Of a stretch of DNA of 14,246 nucleotides, positions 14,115-14,246 are shown one piece after another. The notes under the pieces were generated by a model, which was not told where the DNA came from, made no database searches, and worked only from the letters and a program-made list of their open reading frames with translations. Each line of letters starts with the position of its first letter. Positions within the stretch are counted from its first letter, which is position 1. The position numbers were made by a program, and so were the translations under genes. Origin of the DNA: a virus (lineage: Duplodnaviria; Heunggongvirae; Uroviricota; Caudoviricetes); the IMG/VR virus record IMGVR_UViG_2690316231_000009, positions 1 through 14,246 of that record. One strand, written 5' to 3'.

Positions 14115-14246
14115 TAGACTGGCCCCCTGAATCTCCAGACAACCAATATCACTTATTTAAGTGATAGTCTTAATACTAGTTTTTAGACTAGTCATTGGAG
14201 AACAGATGATTGATGTCTTAGGGCCGGAGAAACGCAGACGGCGTAC
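14115..14246 (+). mobile_element. IS2 left end (terminal inverted repeat and 5' region), extending beyond the window
   Basis: 14115 onward reads TAGACTGGCCCCCTGAATCTCCAGACAACCAATATCACTT...AGTTTTTAGACTAGTCATTGGAGAACAGATGATTGATGTCTTAGGGCCGGAGAAACGCAGACGGCGTAC, near-identical to the canonical IS2 left end and start of orfA as I recall it. Confidence 0.85.
14206..14246 (+). CDS. insC: IS2 transposase OrfA (InsC), first 13 codons; continues beyond the window
   Basis: ATG 14206 with GGAGAA SD; translation MIDVLGPEKRRRR matches the N-terminus of IS2 InsC. Confidence 0.85.
   Translation, partial: MIDVLGPEKRRRR

Overview
This window reads as a segment of a lambdoid prophage from an E. coli-like enterobacterium, with the lytic operon on the minus strand. 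All calls come from reading the sequence and recalled family knowledge; no database search was run. Right to left on the minus strand: a Cro-like HTH gene, a CII-like gene, a 386-aa Rha-domain ORF with an unusual N-terminal extension, two small unknown ORFs, a replication-initiator-like gene carrying 12-bp tandem repeats, an N6-adenine methyltransferase, RusA, a KilA-N protein, a DUF968 protein and a QuuD-like Q antiterminator. Downstream of Q sits a cargo region in the slot where Stx phages carry stx: an AT-rich lipoprotein gene (plus strand), a PapI/FaeA-like small regulator, an AraC-family regulator, three phage tRNAs (Ile-CAU, Arg-UCG, Arg-UCU), a TerB-like gene interrupted by a frameshift in an A7 run, a small hydrophobic ORF, and the N-terminus of a NanS-p-like esterase. 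No stx-like ORF is present. On the plus strand: a CI/LexA-type repressor, a ~0.6 kb ORF-free leader with a hairpin and T-tract, YfdP/YfdQ/YfdR-like early-left genes, and an IS2 left end that truncates a downstream ORF after 14 codons. The most unusual items are the frameshifted TerB-like cargo gene, the regulator and lipoprotein morons, the Rha fusion ORF and the N-less early-left leader; none is proven novel from sequence alone.
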